Source: a virus. From it: DNA of 64,000 nucleotides. This document shows positions 18,213 through 27,915 of this stretch, in pieces. Position 1 is the first letter of the stretch. Each line of letters starts with the position of its first letter. The notes below the pieces were generated by a model, which did not search any database, had not been told where the DNA came from, and saw only the letters and a list, made by a program, of their open reading frames with translations. The stretch is from positions 22 to 64,021 of the IMG/VR virus record IMGVR_UViG_3300024327_000005. One strand, 5' to 3'. The position numbers were made by a program, and so were the translations under genes.

Positions 18213-18439
18213 CTACGTACAACTTAAGCGAAGCAGCTAAAAAGAATTTAATTACCTTCCTCAATGAACTCAATGAACTTTTGCGTAACCATGATTTAAA
18301 CATTCAGTTTATGGATGGCGCGCTCTTCTCAAAGGCTTCTGGCTATATTGGACAGCTGGAAGACAATAGAGATCAGGTCGTAATTAATGACGGGCTGGAC
18401 GATTCTTTCAGCTCTTCTAAAATCATACCGAAAGGCTAA
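18209..18439 (+). CDS. hypothetical protein
   Basis: GTGA overlap with the upstream gene. Confidence 0.5.
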   Translation: MTTYNLSEAAKKNLITFLNELNELLRNHDLNIQFMDGALFSKASGYIGQLEDNRDQVVINDGLDDSFSSSKIIPKG

Positions 18440-18444
18440 GCTAC

Positions 18445-18927
18445 ATGCTGAACCCGTTTTACCTTTGCATGGTCTTCTCCATGCTCTCAGGAACTCCCCA
18501 TTTCGCGTTGTCCGAAGACGCAAAAATCCTTGCGTGTGACAATGCTCAAAACATACTTACAGCTTCACAAGAAGAAGAGATAGACCCGTTCATACTAGCA
18601 AGCCTTATCTACCATGAAAGCAGGTTTGTGCCCAAATCTAAATCCTCCGCTGGAGCTTGCGGATTAACACAAGTAATGGCGAAATATGTTTCGCCTACAT
18701 GCAAGCAGTTGATGGATAACGAGCAACTATCGATACAAACTGGTGCTAACTTGCTTAAAAATTGGTTGCTTAAAAATAACAACTCCTACTACATCAGCTT
18801 ACAATGCTATGCTAGTGGATATAAATGCAAGCATAAGCCTTATGCAAAAAAGATAATTGCAAGAGCTAAAAAGCTTAAAACCCTATATGATAAAACAAAA
18901 AGGAGAATAGAAAATGCCCTCCATTAA
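18445..18927 (+). CDS. lytic transglycosylase (SLT domain)
   Basis: IDPFILASLIYHESRF...SSAGACGLTQVM...YASG; weakly hydrophobic N-terminus. Confidence 0.85.
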   Translation: MLNPFYLCMVFSMLSGTPHFALSEDAKILACDNAQNILTASQEEEIDPFILASLIYHESRFVPKSKSSAGACGLTQVMAKYVSPTCKQLMDNEQLSIQTGANLLKNWLLKNNNSYYISLQCYASGYKCKHKPYAKKIIARAKKLKTLYDKTKRRIENALH

Positions 18928-19636
18928 AGGCGCACTAGTTGTAACTAATAAGGACTGGAAATATGTTTACAACAGTATATTAAACTTCGTTAATGAAGAG
19001 GTAGATAACGCTTACAACAAAGCTGTAGCTTTCTACAACCATGTCAAAGAAGAAAAGCATACAAAGAGCTTTGCAGTTGAAAACTTCAATGACTTGATCG
19101 CAAACCAAACTCCCTCAACGTACCAAAAGATGCTAATTAAATCAGCGCTATTTAGCGGAACTAATGATTACATTTACGCACCTAAGAAAAATAACTTTAA
19201 GAAATTTACAAATCGAACCTCTTACATCGATACAGGTAGTATCGTGATCGAAATCAATAAAAAATCTTGCAGTGTTTACTTAACTACAGGAGTGTTTGTA
19301 GACTTTGATAAATATATTATTGAAAACACCTTCCTGAGTGAATTCATAAATATGGTCAACACCATTCCCTGGCCTACAAGAAATGGCCCAAGCAAAGCTA
19401 CTAGAGGTTGCAGACTCCTAACCTTCGAAGAGAACCAAGCGACAATCTTTTATAAATCTGGACCACGCCCGCCAGAACTCTCAACAGAGCTGGTCGTAAA
19501 AGACATCACAGTAAGCGAACCAAACCATCTTGCATCTAAAATGATCAAGGCAATTAAGTATGTCTCTTCAGAAACCTCTATCGAGACGGCGCAACCAATA
19601 CCGACTTCAGTAAACAACAATTTTGATGATTGTTGA
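18914..19636 (+). CDS. hypothetical protein
   Basis: 240-aa ORF. Confidence 0.7.
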   Translation: MPSIKGALVVTNKDWKYVYNSILNFVNEEVDNAYNKAVAFYNHVKEEKHTKSFAVENFNDLIANQTPSTYQKMLIKSALFSGTNDYIYAPKKNNFKKFTNRTSYIDTGSIVIEINKKSCSVYLTTGVFVDFDKYIIENTFLSEFINMVNTIPWPTRNGPSKATRGCRLLTFEENQATIFYKSGPRPPELSTELVVKDITVSEPNHLASKMIKAIKYVSSETSIETAQPIPTSVNNNFDDC

Positions 19637-19650
19637 AAAGGCATTAAGCA

Positions 19651-20010
19651 ATGAATCTAGAATCTGATTATATCACACAATTGACAGATAATTACTTTCC
19701 CACACGTGAGTTTACTGGTTGGGGCGAAAGAACGCAAAATCTAACCTCTATAACTTTTTTGGCAGAAATATTCAACCAATATATCGACGCCGCGCAGAGG
19801 TCAAGTAATTTTAAAAATTCGAAAGCAATGGAAGAAGATAAAGAGCTTTTATTAGCTCTTTCGCACAACTTGCTGTTCTTATTGAATTTCATGAAAAACA
19901 ATAATATTACTTACAAAGACTTATTTGACAATTACATAAAGCACAATAAAACCACAACACACAGTCATCCTGAATGGCCAATCTCAGCACAAAATCATTC
20001 AATTAATTGA
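19651..20010 (+). CDS. hypothetical protein
   Basis: 119-aa ORF. Confidence 0.6.
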   Translation: MNLESDYITQLTDNYFPTREFTGWGERTQNLTSITFLAEIFNQYIDAAQRSSNFKNSKAMEEDKELLLALSHNLLFLLNFMKNNNITYKDLFDNYIKHNKTTTHSHPEWPISAQNHSIN

Positions 20011-20020
20011 AGGCTTTCCG

Positions 20021-20752
20021 ATGGATCAGGAACGAAAAATAATTCAGCTATACCAAGACGTCACAAGCGTTCCTGGATATGTAGAACTACTAGACTATAT
20101 GGGCGATGATGGATTGACTTGTGTCAATGCAGCAAGAGTATCTTTCGATCAAAAAAGCGAAACTCTTTCCAAAAGGGATCATAACTTACTAGAGTATCTT
20201 TTAAAGAATCGACACACTTCAGTCTTCGAACACAATGTGTTAACTTTTTCATTTAAAGTGCCGCTTTTTGTAGCGCGCCAGCACATGAGACATCGCACTT
20301 GGAGCTTCAATGAAGTAAGTAGGCGCTATACCAATAGTAACTTAGACTTTTACTTACCTGAATTCTTCAGAGAACAATCAGAATCAAACAGGCAGGGGTC
20401 CTTGCTGACATCTACTCACGACCCAGTCTTAGATACGATTCATGGCACATTCATGGATCATCATCACAAAGCAAGTGAAGCAGTAAAACTCCATGTCAAA
20501 GACTCTCTGAAACTTTACGACAAAATGCTTAAAGGTGGTATCTGTAAAGAGCAAGCGAGAATCGTTCTCCCCCAAAACCTATATACACGTTATTGGGGAA
20601 CTGTAAATTTGAATAATTTTATCAAATTCATAGCGTTGCGAGATCACGAACATGCTCAAAAAGAGATTCAAGAGATGGCCAAAGCCTGCAAGTCGCTAGT
20701 TAAACAAGTTTGGCCAAACATAATAGAACTATATGAAAAAAATAAGGAATAA
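20021..20752 (+). CDS. thyX: FAD-dependent thymidylate synthase
   Basis: HTSVFEH, RQHMRHRTWSFNEVSRRY (RHRx7S), QARIVLP, HAQKEIQ. Confidence 0.95.
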   Translation: MDQERKIIQLYQDVTSVPGYVELLDYMGDDGLTCVNAARVSFDQKSETLSKRDHNLLEYLLKNRHTSVFEHNVLTFSFKVPLFVARQHMRHRTWSFNEVSRRYTNSNLDFYLPEFFREQSESNRQGSLLTSTHDPVLDTIHGTFMDHHHKASEAVKLHVKDSLKLYDKMLKGGICKEQARIVLPQNLYTRYWGTVNLNNFIKFIALRDHEHAQKEIQEMAKACKSLVKQVWPNIIELYEKNKE

Positions 20753-20754
20753 TT

Positions 20755-21096
20755 ATGCATAAAAATATCAACCATTGGGTTGGTGAAGGTAAGATAGTGA
20801 CTCCGCTAGAACTGAGAACCACCTCAAATGACTACAAAGTAACGAACTTTCTTTTAAGAATCACAACCTCTTATAAGGTCGAGAATACAAACGCTCAAGA
20901 CGCCAAGTATAAGGAATCCAACACTTACGTTCCCGTAGTGGCTTGGGGTGACAAAGCTCAGATAGTAACAAGCAAGTACAACGAAAAAGATATCATCCGT
21001 GTTGTAGGTAGATTAAAAAATTCGTCCAAAAATACTTGCAAGTCTGGATGGGAAATAGTGTTAGAGGATATATCAATGATCCAAGCGGCCACTTGA
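20755..21096 (+). CDS. ssb: short SSB-like OB-fold protein without acidic tail
   Basis: GKIVTPLELRTT...FLLRI...YVPVVAWGDKA...IRVVGRL. Confidence 0.7.
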   Translation: MHKNINHWVGEGKIVTPLELRTTSNDYKVTNFLLRITTSYKVENTNAQDAKYKESNTYVPVVAWGDKAQIVTSKYNEKDIIRVVGRLKNSSKNTCKSGWEIVLEDISMIQAAT

Positions 21097-21990
21097 GCAT
21101 TTAATGGCATCGTTAAGAATGCTCTGCATGTCTAACGAAGCACAATCAATTTTATTTTTAGTTAAATTGAAATGATTGATAAACGAAGCACAATTGCACT
21201 TACTACAATCTTCGCAGTAGCCCTTCTTGTCACAAACATTAAGCTCCATCCCAGTAGCACTTGCTACTGCTTCCCACAAGGCCGCTAAGGCCTTCAATTG
21301 AGCCGGATAGAAGTCTAGGTGCTTACCTAGGGGTTTGCCATGAACTTCCGACTCAACAATAGGCCTGGACCCAAAGCCACGCTTTTCATACCAAGATTGA
21401 TACTTCGTGTAATAAGCGTTGGAAATCTCTACGCCAATTCCGTTTATATTCCAAAGCTTACTACCTGCTTGCCAGGCAGGATGCTGAATATCTAGCATCT
21501 GATAGATAGTTCCATCATTATCTATCAAGAAGTGCATCGACAGTCCGCGCTTATTGATTATTCGAGCACAAGCTTCACTTGAAAGTGTAGCATCCCAATG
21601 ATTTACAAATTGAATTGGTTCCCGACTTGGTTTTTCAGACCAATCGTAGTAGCAGCCCTCCTTGGCTTTTAAGCCGCCTCTCTCATCCCACAATATCACT
21701 TTACCCCAATTTATTGGAAAGGATTCTCCATTATAAACAATGCTTTTCTCCCCCTTCCTTTTGTTGCGTTTTGCAGGTATAAAATCTTCACTGTACAGCC
21801 TGTGAGTCTCCAACCTTCGGTATGTAATTGGACCCACAATACCATCAGAGCCCAAAGAAAAGTCATTTTGAAAATCTAAAATCATTTTGATCAGATGTTC
21901 ATCGAAGTCATCATGATCGAACCATCCTGGAGTCCAACCATACTTCTTAGAAGATGCTATATTCTTCTTAATTACTTTTTTCACATTCAT
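21073..21990 (-). CDS. N-acetylmuramoyl-L-alanine amidase (Amidase_2) with a peptidoglycan-binding repeat
   Basis: FQ...LGSDGIVGPITY; VNHWD, SMHFLIDNDGTIYQ, AWQAG, GIGVEISN. Confidence 0.85.
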   Translation of the reverse strand: MNVKKVIKKNIASSKKYGWTPGWFDHDDFDEHLIKMILDFQNDFSLGSDGIVGPITYRRLETHRLYSEDFIPAKRNKRKGEKSIVYNGESFPINWGKVILWDERGGLKAKEGCYYDWSEKPSREPIQFVNHWDATLSSEACARIINKRGLSMHFLIDNDGTIYQMLDIQHPAWQAGSKLWNINGIGVEISNAYYTKYQSWYEKRGFGSRPIVESEVHGKPLGKHLDFYPAQLKALAALWEAVASATGMELNVCDKKGYCEDCSKCNCASFINHFNLTKNKIDCASLDMQSILNDAIKCSSGRLDH

Positions 21991-22115
21991 CTTTAACTAC
22001 CTTCAAAAAATATTTACGCATAGCGTACAAAAAGGCCTACCATGTTAACCGTAGCAAGTAAACTGATTGAAACTATTAAAATAATCTTTAACACAATAAC
22101 TGTACTAATGCTAAT

Positions 22116-22385
22116 TTGGACCTAAAAGTGACCACTATAATTTTCCCAGGAATCATAACAGCGATTCTAACCTCTCTTGGCTTTGTATTTTGCAGTTATA
22201 TTTTTTATAAGCTGCTCTTATATGTCGAGTGGAAAATATTTAAAACAACAAAACCACAGTCGCCGCTTCATTACAAAATGTTCCTTTTGGAACAGGAGAA
22301 TGAGAAGCTACAAAAAAAAATCAACGAACTGGAAGATGAAAATTCCAGAATTATCAATTCCCTAATAAAGCATCTACAAGGATAA
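22116..22385 (+). CDS. TM + coiled-coil protein
   Basis: N-terminal TM, C-terminal heptads. Confidence 0.55.
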   Translation: MDLKVTTIIFPGIITAILTSLGFVFCSYIFYKLLLYVEWKIFKTTKPQSPLHYKMFLLEQENEKLQKKINELEDENSRIINSLIKHLQG

Positions 22386-22389
22386 ACCT

Positions 22390-22713
22390 ATGCAAAACTA
22401 TACCGTCCGATACAATCTCCGTCTAAATGAAGATATAAACTTAAAAGTTTCTGCAAGCTCTCAGCAAGCTGCAGAAATCATGGCTTACGATACAATCTTA
22501 GAAATGATTTCCTCAAGCATTCTCGGTAATGACCTTGAAATCTCAATTGAACATATCTCGTCAGTTTTAGAACGACCCCCCGTTGCAACCTCTGGATACG
22601 TACCATTAGTTCAGCAGCACAGAAACGAAAGCTCTGAAAGTATGACTCCTAACAACGGATACACTTCAATAGCGTCTTTGCAAAACGCCCCAGCTTACAC
22701 CCGATTAACTTAA
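22390..22713 (+). CDS. hypothetical protein
   Basis: 107-aa ORF. Confidence 0.55.
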   Translation: MQNYTVRYNLRLNEDINLKVSASSQQAAEIMAYDTILEMISSSILGNDLEISIEHISSVLERPPVATSGYVPLVQQHRNESSESMTPNNGYTSIASLQNAPAYTRLT

Positions 22714-22790
22714 AATACTTTTACAGACTTTAAAGTATTACCAAAACTGTAACAAAAAAGTAAAAGTGTCAAAATGTAAAAGTCTGTAAA
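22714..22790. repeat. intergenic nested inverted repeats (candidate regulatory site)
   Basis: TTTACAGACTTT(22720-31)/AAAGTCTGTAAA(22779-90); AATACTTT(22714-21)/AAAGTATT(22732-39). Confidence 0.55.
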
Positions 22791-22815
22791 CACCTCTAGA
22801 AAAGAGCAATGGACT

Positions 22816-23637
22816 TTGTTAAAGACTTTTAACTTAAATGATTCAAAACTGAATTATCACCAAAAAATAATAAAAAAAATACAAACTGACTTGTCAGCAT
22901 TACCAGAAAGATTCTGGAAAACAAACCCTATTATCAGCGGAAGCTATGCGGTCCACCTTCTGTTCAAACCGGCAACTTTATATGACGATATCGACGTTTA
23001 TTTCGAAACCGAAAAGGACTTCTTGGACTGCACTAAAGTTCTGAAAGGGCTTATTGAAAGCAACCCATTACCAAATGGGGGACAGATTTATCCCGCAAAG
23101 AACTCCACTACTTATCTTTATGATTTTGCAAAAATACAATTGATAAATAAAGCGTTCATGCCTCCGCAGAATCTGATTTATGATCACGATTTAAAAAACG
23201 TCTCAATCGCAATACAAGGTACTGATATTTATCTTGACGATGAAATCTTTAGTCTTTTTTGGAATGATAAGATTTCTATAAGATCGACACAAATAACAGA
23301 CGATATGTCCGACAAAGATAAGATGATTAAAATTGCAAATCTTTATTATCGTGTTAAAAAGTATGCGCTAAAGTATGATTTAATTCCCGACTATGAATCG
23401 AGAATTATCTTAACCGAGCTGCTTGACTTCCTAGAAGCGATGCCAGAAAACATTAAAGAAACTACCTATGTAGACAGTAGCATCTACTACGGCTCATATA
23501 CTGCATCTCAAAAGAATAAATCTTCGATATCTGTAACAATTCATCGAATGAGAGTAGATTTAGCTCATATGAACCAAATCGAAAACTCATCTTTAGATGA
23601 GCACGAATCCTCAGTTAATAGCTGGTTGGAGTTCTAA
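22816..23637 (+). CDS. Pol-beta superfamily nucleotidyltransferase-like protein
   Basis: PIISGSYA...YDDIDVYF (G[GS]x13DxD), KIQLI. Confidence 0.65.
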   Translation: MLKTFNLNDSKLNYHQKIIKKIQTDLSALPERFWKTNPIISGSYAVHLLFKPATLYDDIDVYFETEKDFLDCTKVLKGLIESNPLPNGGQIYPAKNSTTYLYDFAKIQLINKAFMPPQNLIYDHDLKNVSIAIQGTDIYLDDEIFSLFWNDKISIRSTQITDDMSDKDKMIKIANLYYRVKKYALKYDLIPDYESRIILTELLDFLEAMPENIKETTYVDSSIYYGSYTASQKNKSSISVTIHRMRVDLAHMNQIENSSLDEHESSVNSWLEF

Positions 23638-23668
23638 CTCACAGCCAGCTGCACTAGAAGGCAAAAGA

Positions 23669-23875
23669 ATGAAAACAATATGCTTAAACTTGCAAGATTG
23701 CGGTTATAGCGAAGTTATACCTGCTTCCCGGTTTAACGAAATCAACCTCAATGAACCCTTCACTACCTGTCCTCTCTGCGGGTATTACGCAGTGACTACA
23801 TCTCAAAATGTAATTTCAGATATAGACTTAAATATATATAAAAAGATATACAAACAATTAAGGAAAGATGAATGA
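23669..23875 (+). CDS. small zinc-ribbon protein
   Basis: CLNLQDCG...CPLCG; overlaps the start of the 966-aa gene. Confidence 0.55.
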   Translation: MKTICLNLQDCGYSEVIPASRFNEINLNEPFTTCPLCGYYAVTTSQNVISDIDLNIYKKIYKQLRKDE

Positions 23876-26772
23876 TCTTTATTAACCTCCTCGCTAATAT
23901 AGCCCCATCGAATTTAAATAGACAGCCCTACATAGACGCTCTCACTAAGCTTATAGTGATGGAGGATCCAGAGTCTCCAAATACGACTTACTATTCTGGT
24001 AATTTATCCGAAGCAATCAGGAATACAGAAGGCGTTGGTAATTTCGTTGAATCCTTAAACCCAACTCTATTTAAGGATGAAGATTCAACGTTTCCGCTAA
24101 TAGACGTAATTCACATGCGGAATAGCGTTATAAATCTAAATAGCATTTTAAGATCTTCGTATCCAAACACATCTTTTTGGAATCGATATCTCAACGGTAA
24201 TGTCGCGCAATTAAGTGCCCAACATCCAACGCTGCTTGCAAATGCATTATGCTTGAATCAGAACTTCAGAAATATTACCGGGTACAATCGAAGAGAACCT
24301 AATCTTTATTTTTCTAAAATCTACGAGGCATTCAAATGCACTAGAGGTTTAAACGAAAAGATATCAATCAACAACGAAGCTCATGCGTCGTTGTTAAATG
24401 ATCAAAAAAATCTATGCGCTGTTAGCAGATTCAAACCTCACATATTGCAAATCGACAACAATCAACACACTGTAAAGGATCAGCATCAAGTTTTTCGGTA
24501 CCTAAGAGACTTCATTCTAATCACGCTAGCGCTGAAAGAAAAGCCAGAAGAGAGTACGGACGAAGTGTTGAAGCAGTTGGAGTCTGTAATTCCTGACGAA
24601 AGTCTTTTTGCATATACTCAAACAAGACGCACAGATAACGATACCAGTTTCAATAACTTGAATTTCAATAGAATCACCACTACGCTGTTAGCTCAGTCGC
24701 CAGAAGAACTAACTCGACAGGTAAATTCTATAGACAGCTTAACTTTCAACACTTATATCAAGCAAAACCGCCTGGGCCTTTTCGATGGGAAAGAAGTTTT
24801 CTCTTTTTTCTCAAAAGCGTTTTTTCAAAAATTCTTACATATTTCAAACAAGAAATCAGTACATGAAGACGCTTCTGAATCAGAGATACTTCAAAACATT
24901 GTTTGTTTCGATACGATTCCGCCAATAGACCTCCAATTAGCGCCGTCTAAAGGTAACCATAATAACTGGAGCTATGGTGACGGCTTGTCTTCTGAACCAG
25001 CCCATTCTCGTGCAATGATCCTTCCAAGTCAAGATTCTAATGCAGATTTCATCCCAATTGGCCTTGGTACTGGAGTTACATTCATGCATGGAGCGCAAGA
25101 CATTTACTCAATAAAACTACAAGAACACATTGAGTCTTTACCCCAATCAAGAGTCGTTGGGTTGATTTCTAATGGGTTCACAAAAAGAACCCAAAAAGAA
25201 AAGTTTGAATTCATATCACTTACAAAGAAACAGTCAACGATTCGAAAAGGGTTTTTCATACCCACATTATTTCCAATCGAATACAGAGATGAGAACTTTG
25301 AAATACAAAAAGGATATTCGTTCTCCTTAGTTTGTTTAAGTTCTACATATGACGAAATGTGTAATAAGTCAAGAAGCAGAGAGGAGTTGCTTAATATGCT
25401 GAGTAACTACCAGACAACTGACGGTATGTATTTTATCGACAAGGCTCAGCACATAGCCTTACAGAAAGAGATCATGAAGGGGTTAATAGAGTACTCAAAC
25501 TCTCTAATCCCATCTTTCAAGGATTTAAGTCCACAAAGCCTCAACTCGCTTAAGGCTACCTTAAAAGCGAAGAAGGAAAAAGCAGAAACCTTTTTATCTA
25601 CTATTGATATTGATTTTTTCGATCACTTATCTTCTGAACCAAATGTAAATCCTCTTATAAAAAAGAAATACAACAAAGTATCCACAGGCTACAATCGCTT
25701 ATCTAAAATAAATACTGAAAAAGAAAATTCCTCAGTATTAGCTAGTGCTAACGTTGAGTCCCAGCTGGGTGCAATTGACACAAAAATGGCACAAATCGAA
25801 ATCTTTAAGCAAGAGATCGCTAAATCCGAAATTGAAATTACGAAACACTTAGCGAACCTAAAGGAAAGTTTTAACTCTCGAGTAGAGATATCCAGCACAC
25901 TAATGCTGAACCGAGAACTATACGAATCAGTTAAAATTCGTTATGAATCTGCATGTCAAAAAGCTAAGGACGATAAAGATTACATTAGTAATGGGTTCTT
26001 TAAAAACTTATCAATCAGTAACCAGATCACCATTTTTGAACTAATTCTGACAGACGAGACTGACTCAGATAATCAAATAAAATATGATCAAGATTTTTTC
26101 AATGCTAATGGAAATGCGAATTTCCAATCTTTTGATAAAAATGTGCATAAGATCCAAAGTGTAAAATTTTTAATTAATTCTCCTTCGATAATTAGCGTAG
26201 ATAATGGCGCAAAAAGTAGTATTTGCGGCGGACCCTACGTCGTCTCTGTTTTTAGAGGTGCGTTACAAATCGCTTTGGCCTATCCAAGCTCAATACATGG
26301 AGTTTCAAATGGTGACATCCTTGTACATCCTCATTCATCGCAAATTAGAAAGAATAATTTTGTAACTCAAACCCAAGAGTATCAATGGATGTCTGCCTGT
26401 CTCGGTGAAGCATCCTCTCTGATCTATAGCGCTTTCGAAAGTAACAATTTGAAAACAATTTTGCTGGCAGCATTAACTTGGGTTAAAAGCGCCAACAGTA
26501 CCGATGTCTGGGGCAAAAGATATAAATTTTTCCCAAAAGCAACTGAAATAAACTTCGAAACTAATCCACCTACAAGTCCTGCTGTCGACGAAGAGGTCAT
26601 TAACGAAGATGAAATTCACGACTTTCTGGAAGAAATGATTTCTGAAGATTCAACTGAAGCTGAATCAGAGATTGAAATAGTACCCTCCGAAGAGCCAGAA
26701 GCTCAAGGATTTTCACCTGATCAATTTGCTCAACCTGTAACTGGCTATGTACCAGCCTATAATCGATCTTGA
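23872..26772 (+). CDS. large protein: unknown N-terminus, coiled coil, C-terminal E2/UBC-like domain, acidic tail
   Basis: HPH (819-821) then SACLG (Cys843) and helices ending W..SANSTDVWG; first gene of an E2-JAB-E1-Ubl cluster. Confidence 0.65.
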   Translation: MIFINLLANIAPSNLNRQPYIDALTKLIVMEDPESPNTTYYSGNLSEAIRNTEGVGNFVESLNPTLFKDEDSTFPLIDVIHMRNSVINLNSILRSSYPNTSFWNRYLNGNVAQLSAQHPTLLANALCLNQNFRNITGYNRREPNLYFSKIYEAFKCTRGLNEKISINNEAHASLLNDQKNLCAVSRFKPHILQIDNNQHTVKDQHQVFRYLRDFILITLALKEKPEESTDEVLKQLESVIPDESLFAYTQTRRTDNDTSFNNLNFNRITTTLLAQSPEELTRQVNSIDSLTFNTYIKQNRLGLFDGKEVFSFFSKAFFQKFLHISNKKSVHEDASESEILQNIVCFDTIPPIDLQLAPSKGNHNNWSYGDGLSSEPAHSRAMILPSQDSNADFIPIGLGTGVTFMHGAQDIYSIKLQEHIESLPQSRVVGLISNGFTKRTQKEKFEFISLTKKQSTIRKGFFIPTLFPIEYRDENFEIQKGYSFSLVCLSSTYDEMCNKSRSREELLNMLSNYQTTDGMYFIDKAQHIALQKEIMKGLIEYSNSLIPSFKDLSPQSLNSLKATLKAKKEKAETFLSTIDIDFFDHLSSEPNVNPLIKKKYNKVSTGYNRLSKINTEKENSSVLASANVESQLGAIDTKMAQIEIFKQEIAKSEIEITKHLANLKESFNSRVEISSTLMLNRELYESVKIRYESACQKAKDDKDYISNGFFKNLSISNQITIFELILTDETDSDNQIKYDQDFFNANGNANFQSFDKNVHKIQSVKFLINSPSIISVDNGAKSSICGGPYVVSVFRGALQIALAYPSSIHGVSNGDILVHPHSSQIRKNNFVTQTQEYQWMSACLGEASSLIYSAFESNNLKTILLAALTWVKSANSTDVWGKRYKFFPKATEINFETNPPTSPAVDEEVINEDEIHDFLEEMISEDSTEAESEIEIVPSEEPEAQGFSPDQFAQPVTGYVPAYNRS

Positions 26773-26796
26773 TACATTAAAAAAAAGAAAAAATAG

Positions 26797-27915
26797 ATGC
26801 AATCCATAACTACATATAAAGTTTTAAATAACTTGCCTTACATTAATATAACCTATAAGGGGCTTTTAGCAATTAAAGAAATTGTAAAAATTGCGCCCCA
26901 AGAAGCTCAATGGTTCCATACTGTTGAACCCTTTGCTTACAAGCAATCCCCACATGAAATTCAACTACTTTTGTCTGATAAGATTTACATTCCAAGTCAA
27001 AACACTTCAGCAGTACAAGTAGACACTACATCTGCAATGATGATGGATTTTTATAAAGACCTACAAAAAGACTATCAAGACCAGAATGTTGTGAACCAAA
27101 AACTTACAGCAATGACGTGCTGGTGTCACAGCCATCACAACATGTCTCCAAATCCCAGCCATCAAGACGATTTACAATTCAACTCCTTTATCTCTCTCGC
27201 AAAAGATCAGGAGCAGAAATCTTGGCAAATTATGCTAATTTTTAACAAGAAAGATCAATTCTATTCAAGAGTTTATGACCCCCACACGGCTACAGTCCAC
27301 GAGGGTGTGCCTGTTAATATAATCAATGATTACAATTTCAATTACATACATCAGGCTGCTAAAGATAAGTTCAAAAAGCCTAAGTTAGCCCCCAAAAATT
27401 TGTGGTCTTTCAATCAAGGTAGTTTTGGTGCCAAATCTTCAGCCCCAAAGACGGCAGCATCCCTAGACTTGAAGCCCACAGGTGGGCAATCTGTCAATTG
27501 GGAAATTGCCATCGAAATACTGGCAGAAGCTTTCGATTGGTATAGCTTCGAAAGCTTATCGACGAGCCAACACAATAAAAAGATTGACTTTACTGAGCTT
27601 AGAACTAGCGACTTCTTTGCTACATTAGCAAAATATCTAGATGACAAAGAAATTATATTGTTTTCATATTTAGTTTCTAAGCGGGCATCTGACATATTGC
27701 CTATATTTACAGAAAAAGCATTTGAAAAGAAATTTGCACTAGCTGACTATGATGATTTCGAAGCCGCAATTATAGAAGAATATACTTCTTGCATTGAAAA
27801 TGAAACTTTTACTCTAAGTGAGATAAGTGAAGCGCTGCAAGATACATTAAAATTAACTGAAATTTCTACAAAAAAAGATTGCAAGGAGTTCCTTAAAGAA
27901 AATGGTCACATCTAA
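26797..27915 (+). CDS. JAB/JAMM (MPN+) metalloprotease with C-terminal extension
   Basis: E36 plus H111-x-H113-x7-S121-x2-D124, the canonical JAMM motif. Confidence 0.85.
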   Translation: MQSITTYKVLNNLPYINITYKGLLAIKEIVKIAPQEAQWFHTVEPFAYKQSPHEIQLLLSDKIYIPSQNTSAVQVDTTSAMMMDFYKDLQKDYQDQNVVNQKLTAMTCWCHSHHNMSPNPSHQDDLQFNSFISLAKDQEQKSWQIMLIFNKKDQFYSRVYDPHTATVHEGVPVNIINDYNFNYIHQAAKDKFKKPKLAPKNLWSFNQGSFGAKSSAPKTAASLDLKPTGGQSVNWEIAIEILAEAFDWYSFESLSTSQHNKKIDFTELRTSDFFATLAKYLDDKEIILFSYLVSKRASDILPIFTEKAFEKKFALADYDDFEAAIIEEYTSCIENETFTLSEISEALQDTLKLTEISTKKDCKEFLKENGHI

